A stretch of DNA of 64,000 nt from Mustelus asterias. Its lineage: Eukaryota. The translations under genes and the position numbers were made by a program. The first letter of the stretch is position 1, and every line of letters begins with the position of its first letter. Shown one piece after another: positions 1 to 12,760 of the stretch. The DNA lies in assembly GCF_964213995.1 (NCBI RefSeq), contig NC_135814.1, forward strand, positions 14,508,001 to 14,572,000, written 5' to 3'. Under the pieces are notes generated by a model. It searched no databases and was not told the origin of the DNA. It saw only the letters and a list, made by a program, of their open reading frames with translations.

Positions 1-170
1 GACACTAATATATGAAGTTAAACTTTAGCTGGCATTAACTCGTAGAGCCAAGACAAAAGAGTTTTGTTTTTAATTTTAAAATTTTTTTGCCTGCAAGAGT
101 TATTCGTGAGGTGAGGGAGACTTGATTCTCATGGCAGCGCCTCATCTCTGGGGACCAAATGGTATTCTCT

Positions 171-491
171 GGAGCAGCATGGTGGCACAGTGGTTAGCAC
201 TGCTGCTTCACAGCACCAGGGACGCAGGTTCGATTCCCGGCTTGGGTCACTGTCTGTGTGGAGTTTGCATGTTCTCCTCGTGTCTGCGTGGGTTTCCTCC
301 GGGTGCTCCGGTTTCCTCCCACAGACCAAAGATGTGCGGGTTAGGTGGATTGGCTATTCTAAATTGCCCCTTAATGTCAGGGGGATTAGCTAGGGTGGTA
401 AGATGGGGTTGTGGGGATAGGGCCTGGGTGGGATTGTGGTTGGTGCCGAATGGCCTCCTTCTGCACTGAAGTATTCTATGATTCTATGATT
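171..491 (+). mobile_element. HE1-type V-SINE (CR1 tail)
   Basis: tRNA head TGGCACAGTGGTTAGCAC / GGTTCGATTCCC, V-domain GTGGGTTTCCTCCGGGTGCTCCGGTTTCCTCCCACA, (ATTCTATG)n tail. Confidence 0.9.
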
Positions 492-840
492 CCCTGCTGG
501 GGTGAGATAGATGGTAATGAATAAGTAGATATACAAAGAAATTATTGGCTGTTTTAGAAGTTTTTTTTTCAATCAGAGATTTTCAAATGAGGTTATGTTT
601 CGAATTTGTTTGTTTCCTGTCTTCAAAGCAAAACCTCTCAACACTCAGCTAAGAATCTGCACCGTATTATCCGAAGCTGCAAAGATTAAAAAGGAGGTCA
701 TTCTAATTCTGTTCACTCAAAGTAAATTTGATAAAGGTTTGCAATAAATACCAAATCATCTTACCACCAGGATTATTCACTGCTGGCAACAACCATCGAT
801 AAAATGTACAAATAGCTTTGCGTTTCTAAATTAGTTTCAA

Positions 841-1195
841 AGAACAAAGAACAGTACAGCACAGGAACAGGCCCTTCAGCCCGCCAAGACTGCACTAACA
901 CATGATGCCTTTCTAAACCAAAGACCTTTTTCTTCTACACGGTCCATAATGCTCTATTCCCTGCTTATTCATGCATCTGTCAAGTTGCCAATATGCCTTT
1001 TGCTATTGTATCTGCTTCTACCACCTCCTCTGGCAGTGCAGTCCAGGCACTTACTATCCTCTGTGTAAAATACCTGCCTCTCACATCTCCTTTAAACTTT
1101 CCTCCTTTTTACTTAAACCTCTGTTCCCTCGTGATTGCATTTTTACCTTGGGAAAAAGATTCCAACTATCCATTCTGTCCATGTCTCTCATAATT
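841..1195 (-). mobile_element. CR1 LINE 3' fragment
   Basis: Reverse CR1 tail (AGAACAAAGAACAGTACAGCACAGGAACAGGCCC) plus decayed ORF2 end. Confidence 0.8.
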
Positions 1196-1652
1196 CAAGT
1201 ACCTTTAATGAAAATCTCAATCATTATAGGTTTTTCTTCTATGAAGTAGCACTGATTAATGTCTGGTTAATCCACACTCTATTAGATTTCTAACATTATC
1301 TTACGTATGGTGAAAAAGTATACTGACATTCTTTCTTAGCGTAGCTCTCAGCATGATCATTTAATCAGCAGGAGAGGCAGTGAAACTTGTTGCTGACCTC
1401 AGGGGAGGCTTCCCAGAAGGATTGAGTGATCTTCATGTGTGGATTTCCTCCTTTCCAACATTAATTTGAATCTAGTGCAATTCCAAGGGAACCCAACAAC
1501 ATTAATGTCAGCAAGCAGAGCAATCAGCCAATCACATTGAAGAATTCTCACAGACAGCAAGCCAGGGAGCAAAAGGCATCGAATATCTTTCACATTTAAT
1601 TGGCCTTCAAACACAGAGTGAATTAATTGATAAGGTAGAGTTTGAAGTTTAA

Positions 1653-2773
1653 TAGAGCGATGCTCCCAACTAAGTGTCGAATTTGCGTAAAAATGAGTAA
1701 ATCCTGCGGGTTTTTCAACAGGAGTTTCAAAATGAATCTCCACACGTGATGCACTGCAGAGTGCACTAGCTTGAATCACGCTAAAAATCAGGGGGTGGGG
1801 GGAATCCCCACTGGAAAGGCCGGCAGCACAGTGCTAAGTGGGCCACTGCACCTACACTGATCTGTCAGCACCAAGATCAGTGCATCCACAGTTGCGTGCA
1901 CTGCTTGCCTCCCGATTGCTGGCCAGTTCCGCAGTCCCAACTTCACTGCTTCACCGAGTCTTCAGGGCCAGCCTCCAACCCCCCACCACTGTGGCCCACC
2001 TCGATCTCCCCCCCCCCCCAACAGTCCCAATCTCTCCTCCGCCCCCCACCGGCAGTCCCCCCACCACCTCCCCCACTCCCCCACAGACCCAGCCCCCCTG
2101 ACAGGCCGACACCCCCATCCCCTCCCCACCCCTATGTTCAGTCCCTCCCTCCCTCTGTCACCAAGTCCAAGTACAGACTGGCAGCGGGATCCCCCAGCCC
2201 AACCGATCGCCTCCCCCCTCCCCCTCCACAGAGACACCCCCCCAATTAGGCCCCGTTCCCTTGGCAATGCCTGATGCCCAGTGGGCAGTGCCAAAGTGCC
2301 CCCTGGGCATTTCCACTTTGCCCCATGGGCAGTGGCAGGGGGCCCAGGCTGCATTGCCCAGGGGGCACCTCCCCTTTCCCCGACTCACAGGGGGGCCTTG
2401 ATTACTCCCCCCTTCACTCCAGCGGGGTCGGGCTGCTCGTTTCCTGGAAGTGGGGAGCTACTGTAAACCCCGCTGGAGTGAACCACTCTGGCAGGCAGGG
2501 GCGGGATAGGGGGGGTGGTGGAGATGCTAGCGGGTTGAAAATTTCAGTTCCAGGCCCGCTATTCTCATTTAAATGAGATTCAAATAACTATTTAAATGAT
2601 TTCCGCATCTCCCTGCCGATTTCCGGCGCGGAGCTGACGCTGCCAGAAATCTGGCCCTGGGAGACGCTATCACAGCGGGAAAACATGCACAAACCCCGTG
2701 AATCGACTGATGCGAGAATCACCCGGTGCGGTGCGCTAAAAAATTAGCGCAGTGGGTTGGGAGAATCGTGACC
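1653..2773. mobile_element. About 1.1 kb non-autonomous TIR element (Harbinger-like) with a C-rich core
   Basis: Ends CGATGCTCCCAAC and GTTGGGAGAATCG are inverted. GC-rich island in AT-rich flanks with internal palindromes. Confidence 0.55.
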
Positions 2774-2879
2774 TTTGAGTCTGGATGACCCTTTGTCAGT
2801 GCTCTGATCAACGCTTGTCTTTACACATTTGTGGAAAAGATTTAAGAGAAAATGCTGAAGTTGTCACTTCGATATAAAA

Positions 2880-3218
2880 TCATAGATACACGACAGTGCA
2901 GAAGGAGGCCATTTGGCTCATCAAACCTGCACTGACTCTCTGACAGAGCCCAGGCCCTATCCCCGTAACCGCACATATTTACCCGCTAATCCCCCTAACC
3001 TACACATCTTGGACACTAAAGGGCAATTTAGCACAGCCCATCAATCAAACCCACACATCTTTGGACTGTGGGAGGAAACCGGAGCACGTGAGGGAAGCAC
3101 GCGCAGACACAAGGAGAACGTGCAAACTCCACACAGTTAGTCACCCAAGGCCGGAATCAAACCCAGGTCCCTTGTGCTGTGAGGCAGCAGTGCTAACCAC
3201 TGTGCCACCGTACCGCCC
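2880..3218 (-). mobile_element. HE1-type V-SINE (CR1 tail)
   Basis: Reverse-complement copy of the head, V-domain and tail. Confidence 0.88.
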
Positions 3219-4046
3219 ATCGTGAGCACTTCCACTTTAACATATCAAGTGAGCGTTTTTCAAGTTTGTTGTAACAGGTTGAGGTTCACCTGTGGTCATT
3301 TCACATTTCACAGGTGCCAAATGAAACAAGGAGGTAATTCCATTAATCATTGATATTCTGCCAAGCGATGGCTATCAGAAATACTGAACTTGTTGACCTA
3401 TCCTTTATACGTACAGATGGTAGAGCTTTGATTTCCACTAAAGTGCAGGATGAAAGGGACAATCATTACTGATGTTACAACAATGATTTTAACCATATGC
3501 TCTCTCACTTATAAAAGATGCTTGATTATTAAGCGGTTAATATTCTGTATCACCAAAGTATTTGGAATGAATCCAATTCCAAAATATAATTTGCAACAAA
3601 TACTGTTGACCTCATCATGAAAGAAAGGGTTATTATTATTAATTAATGGCACTTCTCCAGCTGTCTGTACTTTTACCCTTGGAAAATGATGAGAAGAAAA
3701 ATGCCAGTATTCACGAAATGTTTAAAGAACTCGGGCAGTGTGTCTTTTGGGATTTGTTAAAAATGTGCCAGGAGTCACTCCTGCTCTATTCAAGCTCAAA
3801 CCTGAACATTATTTAACCGGAGAGACATTTACTAAAGGTTTCATCATGAGCTCTGTGATCGGGCATCGGAAGATAATTAAAAGGATGCTGGGACATTAAC
3901 AGATGTGTCTTCAAGCCGGCTGTTTCTAAAATTGCCAGATAATGTTTGAAAGACTTTTTTCAGTGTTAGCTGTTGGAACAATTGTGCCCAACTGCAGGGA
4001 TTAAAGCATCAACAATTTTTTGGTTTTACTTTCCGCTTTGCAGCAC

Positions 4047-4352
4047 ATCATAGAATCCCTGCAGTGCAGAAGGAGATCATTCAGCCCATCAAGCCTGCAC
4101 CGACAACAATCTCACCCGATCCCTGCTACCCCACATATTTACTCTGTTAATCCCCCGACACTAAAGGGCAATATGGCATGGTCAATCAACCTAACCCACA
4201 CTTCATTGGACTGTGGGAGGAAACCAGAGCACCCTGAGGAAACCCACGCAGACATGGGGGGAACATGCAAACACCACACAGACAGTCACCCGAGGCCGGA
4301 TTTGAACCCAGACACTTTAAGGCAACAGTGCTAACCGCTATGCCATTGTGTC
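4047..4352 (-). mobile_element. HE1-type V-SINE (CR1 tail)
   Basis: Reverse-complement copy. Confidence 0.85.
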
Positions 4353-4694
4353 GCATGTTTTTGGGTATTTGTTATTGGGTAGCATAAGGCACTGATTTAA
4401 GAAGCAATAATGATACAAGGTAATGCTTTTATTTTTAACACAGTGAGTGATTAGGATTTGGAATGCACTGCCTGACAGCGTAGGTGGAGGCAGATTCGCT
4501 TGTGGCTCACAAAAGGGAATCGGATAGTTACCTGAAGAGAAACATCTGCTGGGCATGGGGTACAGGTGGGGTGAGGTGAGTTACTTTTACAGTTGCATCA
4601 TTGCCCAGAGCTATGTTCAGTAAATGTGCAAGTGATACATTTCTTCATCAATTATGGCAGATAGGCCATTTTTTTTCACATGTTTAACATACAA

Positions 4695-5265
4695 GATTGG
4701 TGACGTAGTGGACAGTGAAGAAGGTTATCTAACATTGCAATGGGATATTATTAAACTAGAAAGAGTGCAGAAAAGATTTAATAGGATGCTACTGGGACTT
4801 GATGGTTTGAGTTATAAGGAGAGGCTGGATAGACTAGGACTCTTTTCCCTGGAGTGTAGGAGGCTTAGGGGTGATCTTATAGAGCTCGATAAAATAATGA
4901 GGAGCATAGATCAGCTAGATAGTCAACATCTTTTCCTAAAGATAGGGGAATCTAAAACTCGAGGGCATGGATTTAAGGTGAGAGGGGAGAGATACAAAAG
5001 GGTCCAGAGGGGCAATTTTTTCACACGGAGGGCGGTGAGTGTCTGGAACAAGCTGCCAGAGGTAGTTGTAGAGGCAGATACAATTTTGTCTTTTTAAAAA
5101 GCATTTAGGCAGTTACATGAGTAAGATGGATATAGAGGGATATGGGCCAAATGTGGGCAATTGGGATTAGCTCAGTGGTTAAAAAAAGGGCAGTGTGGAC
5201 GAGTTGGGCTGAAGGGCCTGTTTCCATGTTGCAAACTTCTATGACTCTATGGCTATGACTCTATG
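4695..5265 (+). mobile_element. CR1 LINE 3' fragment
   Basis: LERVQKRF...LSYKERLDRLGLFSLECRRLRGDLIE...NFFTRRAVSVWN with a (CTATGA)n tail. Confidence 0.9.
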
Positions 5266-5455
5266 TAAACGTGAGAAAAAAATGAAGAAAGTTATCAAAT
5301 AGATGAACATCTCTGTTGAGATCACAAGGGGTTTGTCAATCCACTTTTTCATTACATTTGAGGCTTTTAAATTGAATTCAGAGGAATGTCCCTAACATAT
5401 GGACCTCATGTTAGGTAAACACCTTTGCATGTTCGTTTAAAGTCCCGAAAACAAA

Positions 5456-5670
5456 GGGCAGGATTATATGCTCCACCCCCATCCCTGCGGTAAGTTTTCC
5501 GGTGGCGGAGGCACCTCGCCATAAGCCACCGTTGGGATCTTCCAGTCCCACCGAAGTCTACGATGTTTAGCATGGCTTGCCCATCCTGCTGCTGGGGAAC
5601 TCATCATGGGGGCCACCTTCAGTGGGACTGGAAGATCCCACCGGTGGAAAGGGCCAAAAAAATCCTGCCC
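5456..5670. mobile_element. 215 bp MITE (PIF/Harbinger-like)
   Basis: TIR GGGCAGGATT/AATCCTGCCC, flanks AAA/AAA, internal inverted repeat TGGGATCTTCCAGTCCCAC/GTGGGACTGGAAGATCCCA. Confidence 0.75.
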
Positions 5671-5999
5671 AAAATAAGGGTTTCCGACAAATATCGCATA
5701 CAAACTCAGCTGCTCATACGGAAAATTAGTAACTTAATCAGAATGATGCATAATGATGCCTAAACTAGTTCCTCTCATCTTGCCTAGATCTCAATCTGAA
5801 TTGTCATCAACATGACCAACGCTCGCAATTTCTGCGATTCATTGATACCGCATGATTTTAATGTGTGTTATTTATGGCACAGAGGAGCCAGTAAGAGAGA
5901 GAAATGTTCACCCTTCTATCCCGTGAAAACTACACCATGAAACAGTTGTGCAAAGTCAATCAATCATTCACAAAATCGAGAGTGTTGGCAGTACTGTAC

Positions 6000-6620
6000 T
6001 TGCGCATTGTTGGCTGAGTGGAGTTTGCTATCAATCGTTTAAAATGGCGACAGCTTGTCGCCACACTTTGAGTCACAACACCTTCATGATAGTTGGAAGC
6101 TTTTTCCCATAGTGGAAGAGTCAATTACTTGGGAGCATAGGTTTAAGGTGCGTGGGGCAAGGTTTAGAGGAGATGTACGAAACAAGTTTTCTTTACACAG
6201 AGAGTGGTGGGTGCCTGGAACTCACTGCTGGGGGAGGCAGTGGAAGCAGATACAACAGTGACTTTTAAGGGGCATCTGGATAAATACATGAAAAGGATGG
6301 GAGAGATTTGGTCCCTGAAAGGGTCGGGGGGTTTAGTTCAGTCGAGCGTCATGTGCGTTGCAGGCTTGGAGGGCCGAAGGGCCTGCTCCTGTGCTGTAAT
6401 CGTCTTTGTTCTTCATTCTTTGTATGATGAGGCAGAACGGCAACAGAGAAGGAAAGGAAAGGGAGCAAATCCCACTCTCCGGATCTCACTACCTCATGGG
6501 ACATCCTGTCCCATATGCTGAAAGTTCTGGGGGATGACAATCGGCCTGTTCAGTCAAATGAAGGCTCGCGACCCCAAGTAGCCATCATCCTCCAATCGAG
6601 GGACAACCGTGACCATGATT
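6000..6620 (+). mobile_element. RTE-clade LINE 3' remnant (interrupted by CR1)
   Basis: KWRQLV..HFESQHLHD/EAERQQRRK...TSCPIC...IGLFSQ resembles the RTE ORF C-terminus with its C2H2-like finger. Confidence 0.55.
6091..6423 (+). mobile_element. CR1 LINE 3' fragment inserted into an RTE remnant
   Basis: HRFKVRGARFRGDVR, VGAWNSL and a CR1 tail. ATGAT on both sides. Confidence 0.8.
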
Positions 6621-7268
6621 TACACTGGCACTAGCACAATCCAATTTAACAAACTTAAAGAGCAAAAATGTACCAAATCTCTGCACCCCCCAGGTAATGA
6701 GAATGCATAGCTAGTTCCCAACCAAACACTTCCTTCGTAGATTTGATTACTTTTCTCATATAATTCATTGAAAATAGTTTCCCACAATATTTTCTATCGG
6801 AATGATAAGTTGTCAACCGGGAAACTGGAATGTTACCTTTCAGATATTTGCTTTCTTATATAAATAAATGTTTCTCTTCCCTTTGGGAGAGAAATTCTCC
6901 TGTGTATGCACTCTGCCCAAGGCACAACAACAAACATTTGACATTAGTTATTAACATTTAAATGACCTTCGTGCATGCACAAGCTGCATGAATATTCCCA
7001 AGGGTAATTTACAATGGTAACACTTGACTGGTATCAGGGAAAAATAGGTGAAAGGCCAAGATCCATTTCTATGTGCTTTAGTTTTTAAAACAATTTCACA
7101 CAGCTTAATATTTACAGTGACTATTTTTCACACAAGTGTTCACAACATGAGGACTGCACATTGCAGCAATTTGGAAACACAGTTGTGTGACGCCAGTCCG
7201 ACTATTGCAAGCATTGCCCTTCAATACAAAAGGTTCAAATAAATACTGTCGCATCAAACTCATACATT

Positions 7269-7395
7269 GGGCAGAATTTTCCGACCGCAGTCGCCCCAAG
7301 ACCGGAAAATCCCACCTGAGGTCAACGGACCTTTGCATGGTCCGTGTCCTGGCCGCTATGATTCCCGTGGCGGGCAGGACAGGAAATTTCCACCC
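7269..7395. mobile_element. 127 bp MITE
   Basis: GGGCAGAATTTTCC...GGAAATTTCCACCC, TSD ATT. Confidence 0.75.
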
Positions 7396-7429
7396 ATTGA
7401 GTCCGACAACTGTAACGTGGCAGTAGGTG

Positions 7430-7763
7430 GGGAGGCGGTGGCATAGTGGTATTGTCCCTGGACTAGTAATCCAGAGGACTAGGGTAATGGTCTGGGGACC
7501 CGGGTTCGAATCCCACCACAGCAGATGGTGAAATTTGAATTCAATAAAAATTAATCTGGAATTAAAAGTCTGATGATGACCATGAAACCATTGTTGATCG
7601 TCGTGAAAACCTATCTGGTTCACTAATGTCCTTTAGGGAAGGAAATCTGCCGTCCTTACCTGGTCTGGCCATAGCAATGTGGTTGACTCTTAAATGCCCT
7701 CAGGGATGGGCAATAAATGCTGTCCCAGACAGTAATGGCTACATCCCATGAACAAATAAAAAA
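7430..7763 (+). mobile_element. Second tRNA-headed SINE family (tail shared with the CR1/L2-group LINE)
   Basis: A box TGGCATAGTGG, B box GGTTCGAATCCC, body GGTTCACTAATGTCCTTTAGGGAAGGAAATCTGCC, tail GGGCAATAAATGCTG...CATGAACAAATAAAAAA. Confidence 0.8.
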
Positions 7764-8362
7764 TTGGTGGTGCAAGTTTGAAGAGCATTAATATTCTCAC
7801 ACCCTGAAAATAACCGTCAGTCACTATCATTGTCCTGCATCAGAGGTTATGAGAAACTTGGAATATAAACAGAAGAGGCTGGAGATTCTTATGTGGTCAT
7901 GCTGCATCTGTAGAGAGGGAAACAGAGTTAACAGGCAGGATTTTGTGGTGTTCCCTCCACTGGGCAGGATGACCGGGCACACTGGGAGAATGGCACAGCA
8001 GTGTCTACATCTGATTCCTGGCATTGGGAAAACTGCATTAGTTGGGGGCAGGGAGGACCCAGTGCAGGAATCACACCCGCTGGTAGCGGCAGATCAATTA
8101 GGCTCATAAACGATCCACTTGAGAGATATTAACCCTGATCCCACTGAGATTTAATGGCGACTCAGGTATATAAATGGACACACACGTATCTCCCACACCT
8201 CCAGAAGAATTGCCAACACCCGAACGGAGTGGGGGCGGAATCCCTCATTCACAGGGGCCTAATCAAGAGACCCAACAACAGGAAGGGAATGCCAATGAAA
8301 GCCAACCCCTGGCCCTTGAATCTGACATCCCCTCTTCCCTTCAATGCTTTTTAGTGCAAGAG

Positions 8363-8522
8363 AAGTCCAAAGATGTGCGGGTTAGGTAGATTGGCCATGC
8401 TAAATTGCCCCTTACTGACAGGGGGACTAGCTAGGGTAAATGCATGTAGTTATGGGGATAGGACCTGGGTAGGATTGTGGTCGGTGCAGACTCGATGGGC
8501 CGAATAGATTCTATGATTCCAT
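8363..8522 (+). mobile_element. HE1-type V-SINE, 5'-truncated
   Basis: AGTCCAAAGATGTGCGGGTTAGG through the tail. Confidence 0.8.
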
Positions 8523-9238
8523 GAGAACTTGAGTACAGGAGCAAGGATGTCTTACTGCAGTTGTACAGGACCTTGCTGAGGGCACACCTGGAGTGCTGTG
8601 TGCAGTTTTGGTCTCCTTACCTAAGAAAGGATATACTTGCCATAGAGTGAGTGCAGTGAAGGCTCACCTGACTGATTCTTGGGATGGCAGGATTGTCGTA
8701 TGAGGAGATATTGGGTCGACTATTGGGTCAACTGAATCTGTAATCATTGGGATTTAGAAGAATGAGAGAGGATCTCATTGAAATGTATAAAATTCTGATG
8801 GGGTTGGACAGACTGGATACAGGGATATTGTATCTCCTGGCGGGGGTTGGTCGAGAACAAGGGTTCACAGTCTTAGGATACAGGGAAGGCCACTTAGAAC
8901 TGAGATGAGGAGAAACCTCTTAACTCAGAGGGTGGTAAACCCATGGAATTCTCTACCACAGAAGGCCAAATCAGTGAATTATTTAAGAGGCAAGTTATTA
9001 GAATCATTGAATCACAGAATCTTTACAGTGGAGAAAGAAACCATTCGACCCATCAAGCCTTCTTCGGCAACAATCCCACCCAGGCCCTATCCCCTCTATT
9101 ACCGGACTCTAAAGTGTCATGGGGCCTGGGAGAGCACAAAAGTATAGTGTTAAGATAGAGTATCAGCCATGATCATACTGAATGGCAGAGCAGGCTCAAA
9201 GGGGCAAATGGCCTACTCCTACTCCTATTTTCTATGTT
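8523..9238 (+). mobile_element. CR1 LINE 3' fragment (contains a V-SINE tail fragment at about 9005-9095)
   Basis: HLECCVQFWSP-like and RRNLLTQRVVNPWNSLP motifs, tail GGCCTACTCCTACTCCTATTTTCTATG. Confidence 0.85.
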
Positions 9239-9759
9239 TCCCTGTGTCCTCTCCACTTACCTGTCTCCAGGCTTCCAGCAACGATCCCAAGTGAAGGCCT
9301 CAGTGCATTACTGGCTCCAGCCGCCATTCTCCGGTACTGAGGAACTGCCAGCCTCTATTGACCAGCAAGTCTCAATGGAGGGATCCCTGGCCCAATGGGG
9401 CTTTGCTTGGGTGAAAGGTAAAACACTGCCTAGGTAAGTACCTGATGACACTTAAATAGCATTGTGCTTCCTGGGGAAAGCGACATGGGGTTTTGACTGG
9501 TTCTCCAACCAGTGGGTAGGATCCCCATTGCTGATACTAAATTCCATTCAATGTTTCATGTTAATGCCCAATCTTCAGAACTGGCAAATGTTAGAGATGT
9601 AGCAGTAATCATAGTGCCAGGAAATATGGGGGAAGGGGCAGGGGGGAATCATTCAGGGAATACTTGTGATGGAGGAGGACATAAGAACATAAGAGAGGTA
9701 AGGATAAACCGTATGACCCATTGGGCCTGTGGAAAACTGAGATATCTGGATGATATCTG

Positions 9760-10058
9760 GGGCAGCATGGTTGCACAGTGGTTAGCACTGCTGTCTCACA
9801 GCCTAGGGACCCGGGTTCAATTCCCGGCTTGGGTCACTGTCTGTGTGGAGTCTGCACGTTCTCCCCATGTCTGTGTGGGTTTTCTCCAGATGCTCTGGTT
9901 TTTTCCCATAGTCTGAAAGATGTGCTGGCTAGGTGCATTGTCCATGCTAAATTCTCCCTCAGTGTTATCTGAACAGGCGCCAGAGTGTGGTGACTAGGGG
10001 ATTTTCACAATAACTTCATTGCAGTGTTAATGTAAGCCTACCCGTGACACTAATAAAT
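9760..10058 (+). mobile_element. V-SINE, alternative (Rex1-like) tail subfamily
   Basis: HE1 head and V-domain, then TTTTCACA...GTGACACTAATAAAT. Confidence 0.85.
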
Positions 10059-10870
10059 GAATGAAAAAGATTTGCCCTGGCCAAGTCGGGATGTAACATA
10101 GACTGGGTGGATTTTAACTGTTGGTGGTCTCTGAAAACTGAGGGAAACGCCTTTTGATGGCCACTTGATGATACAATTTGACTTGGGAGATGTGAATCCT
10201 TTCCACCGGGAATTTAAATCTCTTGTTTAAAATTACCAGTATCCATGAGGATCTAAACAATATCCCTTGATACCCCCCTAAGTGCCCAAAAATCTGTCCA
10301 GTATATCTGTAGGCAGGCAAGACATGAAATAGGATGGGTGACTAGGCCACCAGCTTCCAGTCCACCCCAAACTTTCCCCCAAAATAACACATCCACCTGC
10401 CCTTAAGCTTTTGAGGCCCTTAACTGGCCATTCAAGGGCCTGATTTTTAGTTCTCGCCACAATAATAAATGTGGCTGGGGAAGAACGAAGAAGGCTAGCC
10501 CCGTAAGTTCACCAATTGAGTTGGGCCCACCAGGGGTCACACACCCCAAGATGTTTCGCCCTTGTGACTGCTCCCCCTGCCATACCTGGCCTACAAAACC
10601 CAAACCCCACCTTTCGTTCCCCAGTCCTCAGGGACATCAAACCCTCCCCAACCAAGAGCTGAGGACTTACCTTTAAGTCTGGTCACCATTGATTTTCTCC
10701 TGGGGTCTGCTAGCAGTTCCAGCAGCGACCACTATCTCGAGTTTTGGCGCTGCTGGGATTACTCAACTGGAGGCCAGTCAGAGAAGATGGCAGCTCTCAA
10801 GGGCGGGACTTTCTTTCCATGCGGGGTGGAACTCACAATCTCAGCTCATTAAGCCCGCCCCAGTATATTT

Positions 10871-11210
10871 CATAGAATCATAGAATCCCTACAGTGCAGA
10901 AAGAGGTCATTCGGCCCATCGAACCTGCACCGCCAACAATCCCACCTAGGCCCTACCCCGTGACTCCACGTATTTACCCTACTAACTCCCCTGACACTAA
11001 GGGGCAATTTAGCATGGCCAGTCCACTTACCTTGCACACCTTTAGACTGTAGGAGGAAACCGGAGCACCCGGAGGAAACCCACGCAGACATGGGGAGAAT
11101 GTGCAAACTCCGCACTGATGGGAACTCTGCAGTGACTCAAGTTGGGAATTGAACCCGGGTCCCTGGCGCTGTGAGGCAGCAGTGCTAACCACTGTGCCAC
11201 CGTGCCACCC
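10871..11210 (-). mobile_element. HE1-type V-SINE (CR1 tail)
   Basis: Reverse-complement copy. Confidence 0.88.
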
Positions 11211-11282
11211 TATTGATTTATTGTTTCATGTTTGGTTTCTTTTCTTTCAAAGCTTGGGAACTATAGGACTTAATTTTCATAA

Positions 11283-11857
11283 GTTCATAAAATATAGGAG
11301 CAGAGTTAGACCATTCGGCCCATCAAGCCCACTCCGCCATTCGATCATGGCTGATATGCTCCTCATCCCCATTTTCCTGCCTTCCCCCCATAACCTTTCA
11401 ACCCATTACCAATTAAAAATCTGTCCAACTCCTCCTTAAATTTACTCACTGTCCCAGCATCCACTGCACTTTGGGATAGTGAATTCCACAGATTCACAAC
11501 CCTTTGGGAGAAGTAGTTTCTCCTCAACTCTGTTTTAAATTTGCTACCCCTTATCCTAAGACTGTGACCTCTTATCCTCGAATGCCCCACAAGAGGAAAC
11601 ATCCACTCCACGTCTACTTTATCCATACTTTTAACCATCTTGCACACCTCAATTTGATTTCCCCTCATTCTTCTAAATTCCAGAGAGTATAGGCCTAAAC
11701 TGTTCAATCTCTCTTCATACGACAAACCCTTCATAACTGGAATCAGTCTAGTGAACCTCCTCTGATCTGCCTCCAATGCCACTACATCTTTACTCACATA
11801 AGGGGACCAAAACTGTGCACAATACTCCAGGTGCGGCCTCAACAATGCCTTGTACAG
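11283..11857 (-). mobile_element. CR1 LINE 3' fragment
   Basis: ORF 11363..11911: LYKALLRPHLEYCAQFWSP...FRRMRG...SQRVVNLWNSL. Confidence 0.9.
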
Positions 11858-11976
11858 AAATGCTCCTATAGAAATGTCAAGAAAAATAGAATTGAACCAT
11901 ACTTTGTGCAACTATACAGCGTTCCAAAGGCTTCAAATCGGCAATCTGCAGAGCTGAGCCATCGTATAATCAGTGG

Positions 11977-12110
11977 ATTTGATTTGATTTGATTTATTAT
12001 TGTCACATATATTGGGACACAGTGAAAAGTATTGTTTCTTGCGCACTATACAGACAAAGCATACCGTTCATAGAGTACATAGGGGACGAGGAAAGGAGAG
12101 AGTGCAGAAT
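11977..12110 (-). mobile_element. Rex1/Babar 3' tail fragment
   Basis: Reverse (AAATC)n tail and TTTTCACTGT...TGTGACAATAATAAA. Confidence 0.7.
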
Positions 12111-12760
12111 TTTATCACAGTAGGCTGTGTGGGGGCTGGAGCAATATGTCCCCCCAATGTGAAGTGCAGCCTGTTTTCTTGCATTTCCACATTGTGAAAC
12201 AGAGAAGTTAAATGGAAATAGAAGAAGCGTATTTGAAAAAAAGATTGGCTTGCTTCTTCCAAGTTTTTTTTAATCGTTCATTTCTAACCATATGGAGGAA
12301 AACTCAAAACAAATAAGAACAGGTCCCAATAATAACATTGGATTTATTCCATCTCGTGTCAAACAAGGCTGACAATACTGTGGTATCAGTTTATAATGAT
12401 TTCTTTGCTCCTATGCACTAATTGGGCCAGGAATTTCTAATATCATTATTCAGCAGAACATTTTTAGTGCTTCACTGATTCAGTTTACGTGGGAGTTTCA
12501 CACAGATTCCACCAATTCTATTTGTTTGCTCAAACACGCTGAAGATAGCTGGATGACTCAGGCCAGATGGAGGTCTGATAAACTCAAGTGTATTACAATA
12601 AACTCATTCAGCATACACGAAGTTTCAGACTACAAGTACTGGGCAACAAATTCATCTCAATGTAGAAACATCTTGCCTTCAAGCTGTGGCGTATTCTTTG
12701 AATAATTTACTTCACAAGAATGGAAATTAAGCTTTCTGCACAAGCTAAAACGACAAGCAG

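Noticed and set aside
171-245. tRNA genes at SINE heads
   Set aside because: A and B boxes run directly into SINE bodies, so these are tRNA-derived heads.
122-469. Recurrent short ORFs such as MVAQWLALLLHS...GFPPGAPVSSH across the window
   Set aside because: They are translations of V-SINE copies in various frames, not a protein family.
1838-2576. Proline/glycine-rich ORFs
   Set aside because: Low-complexity C-rich DNA inside a TIR element.
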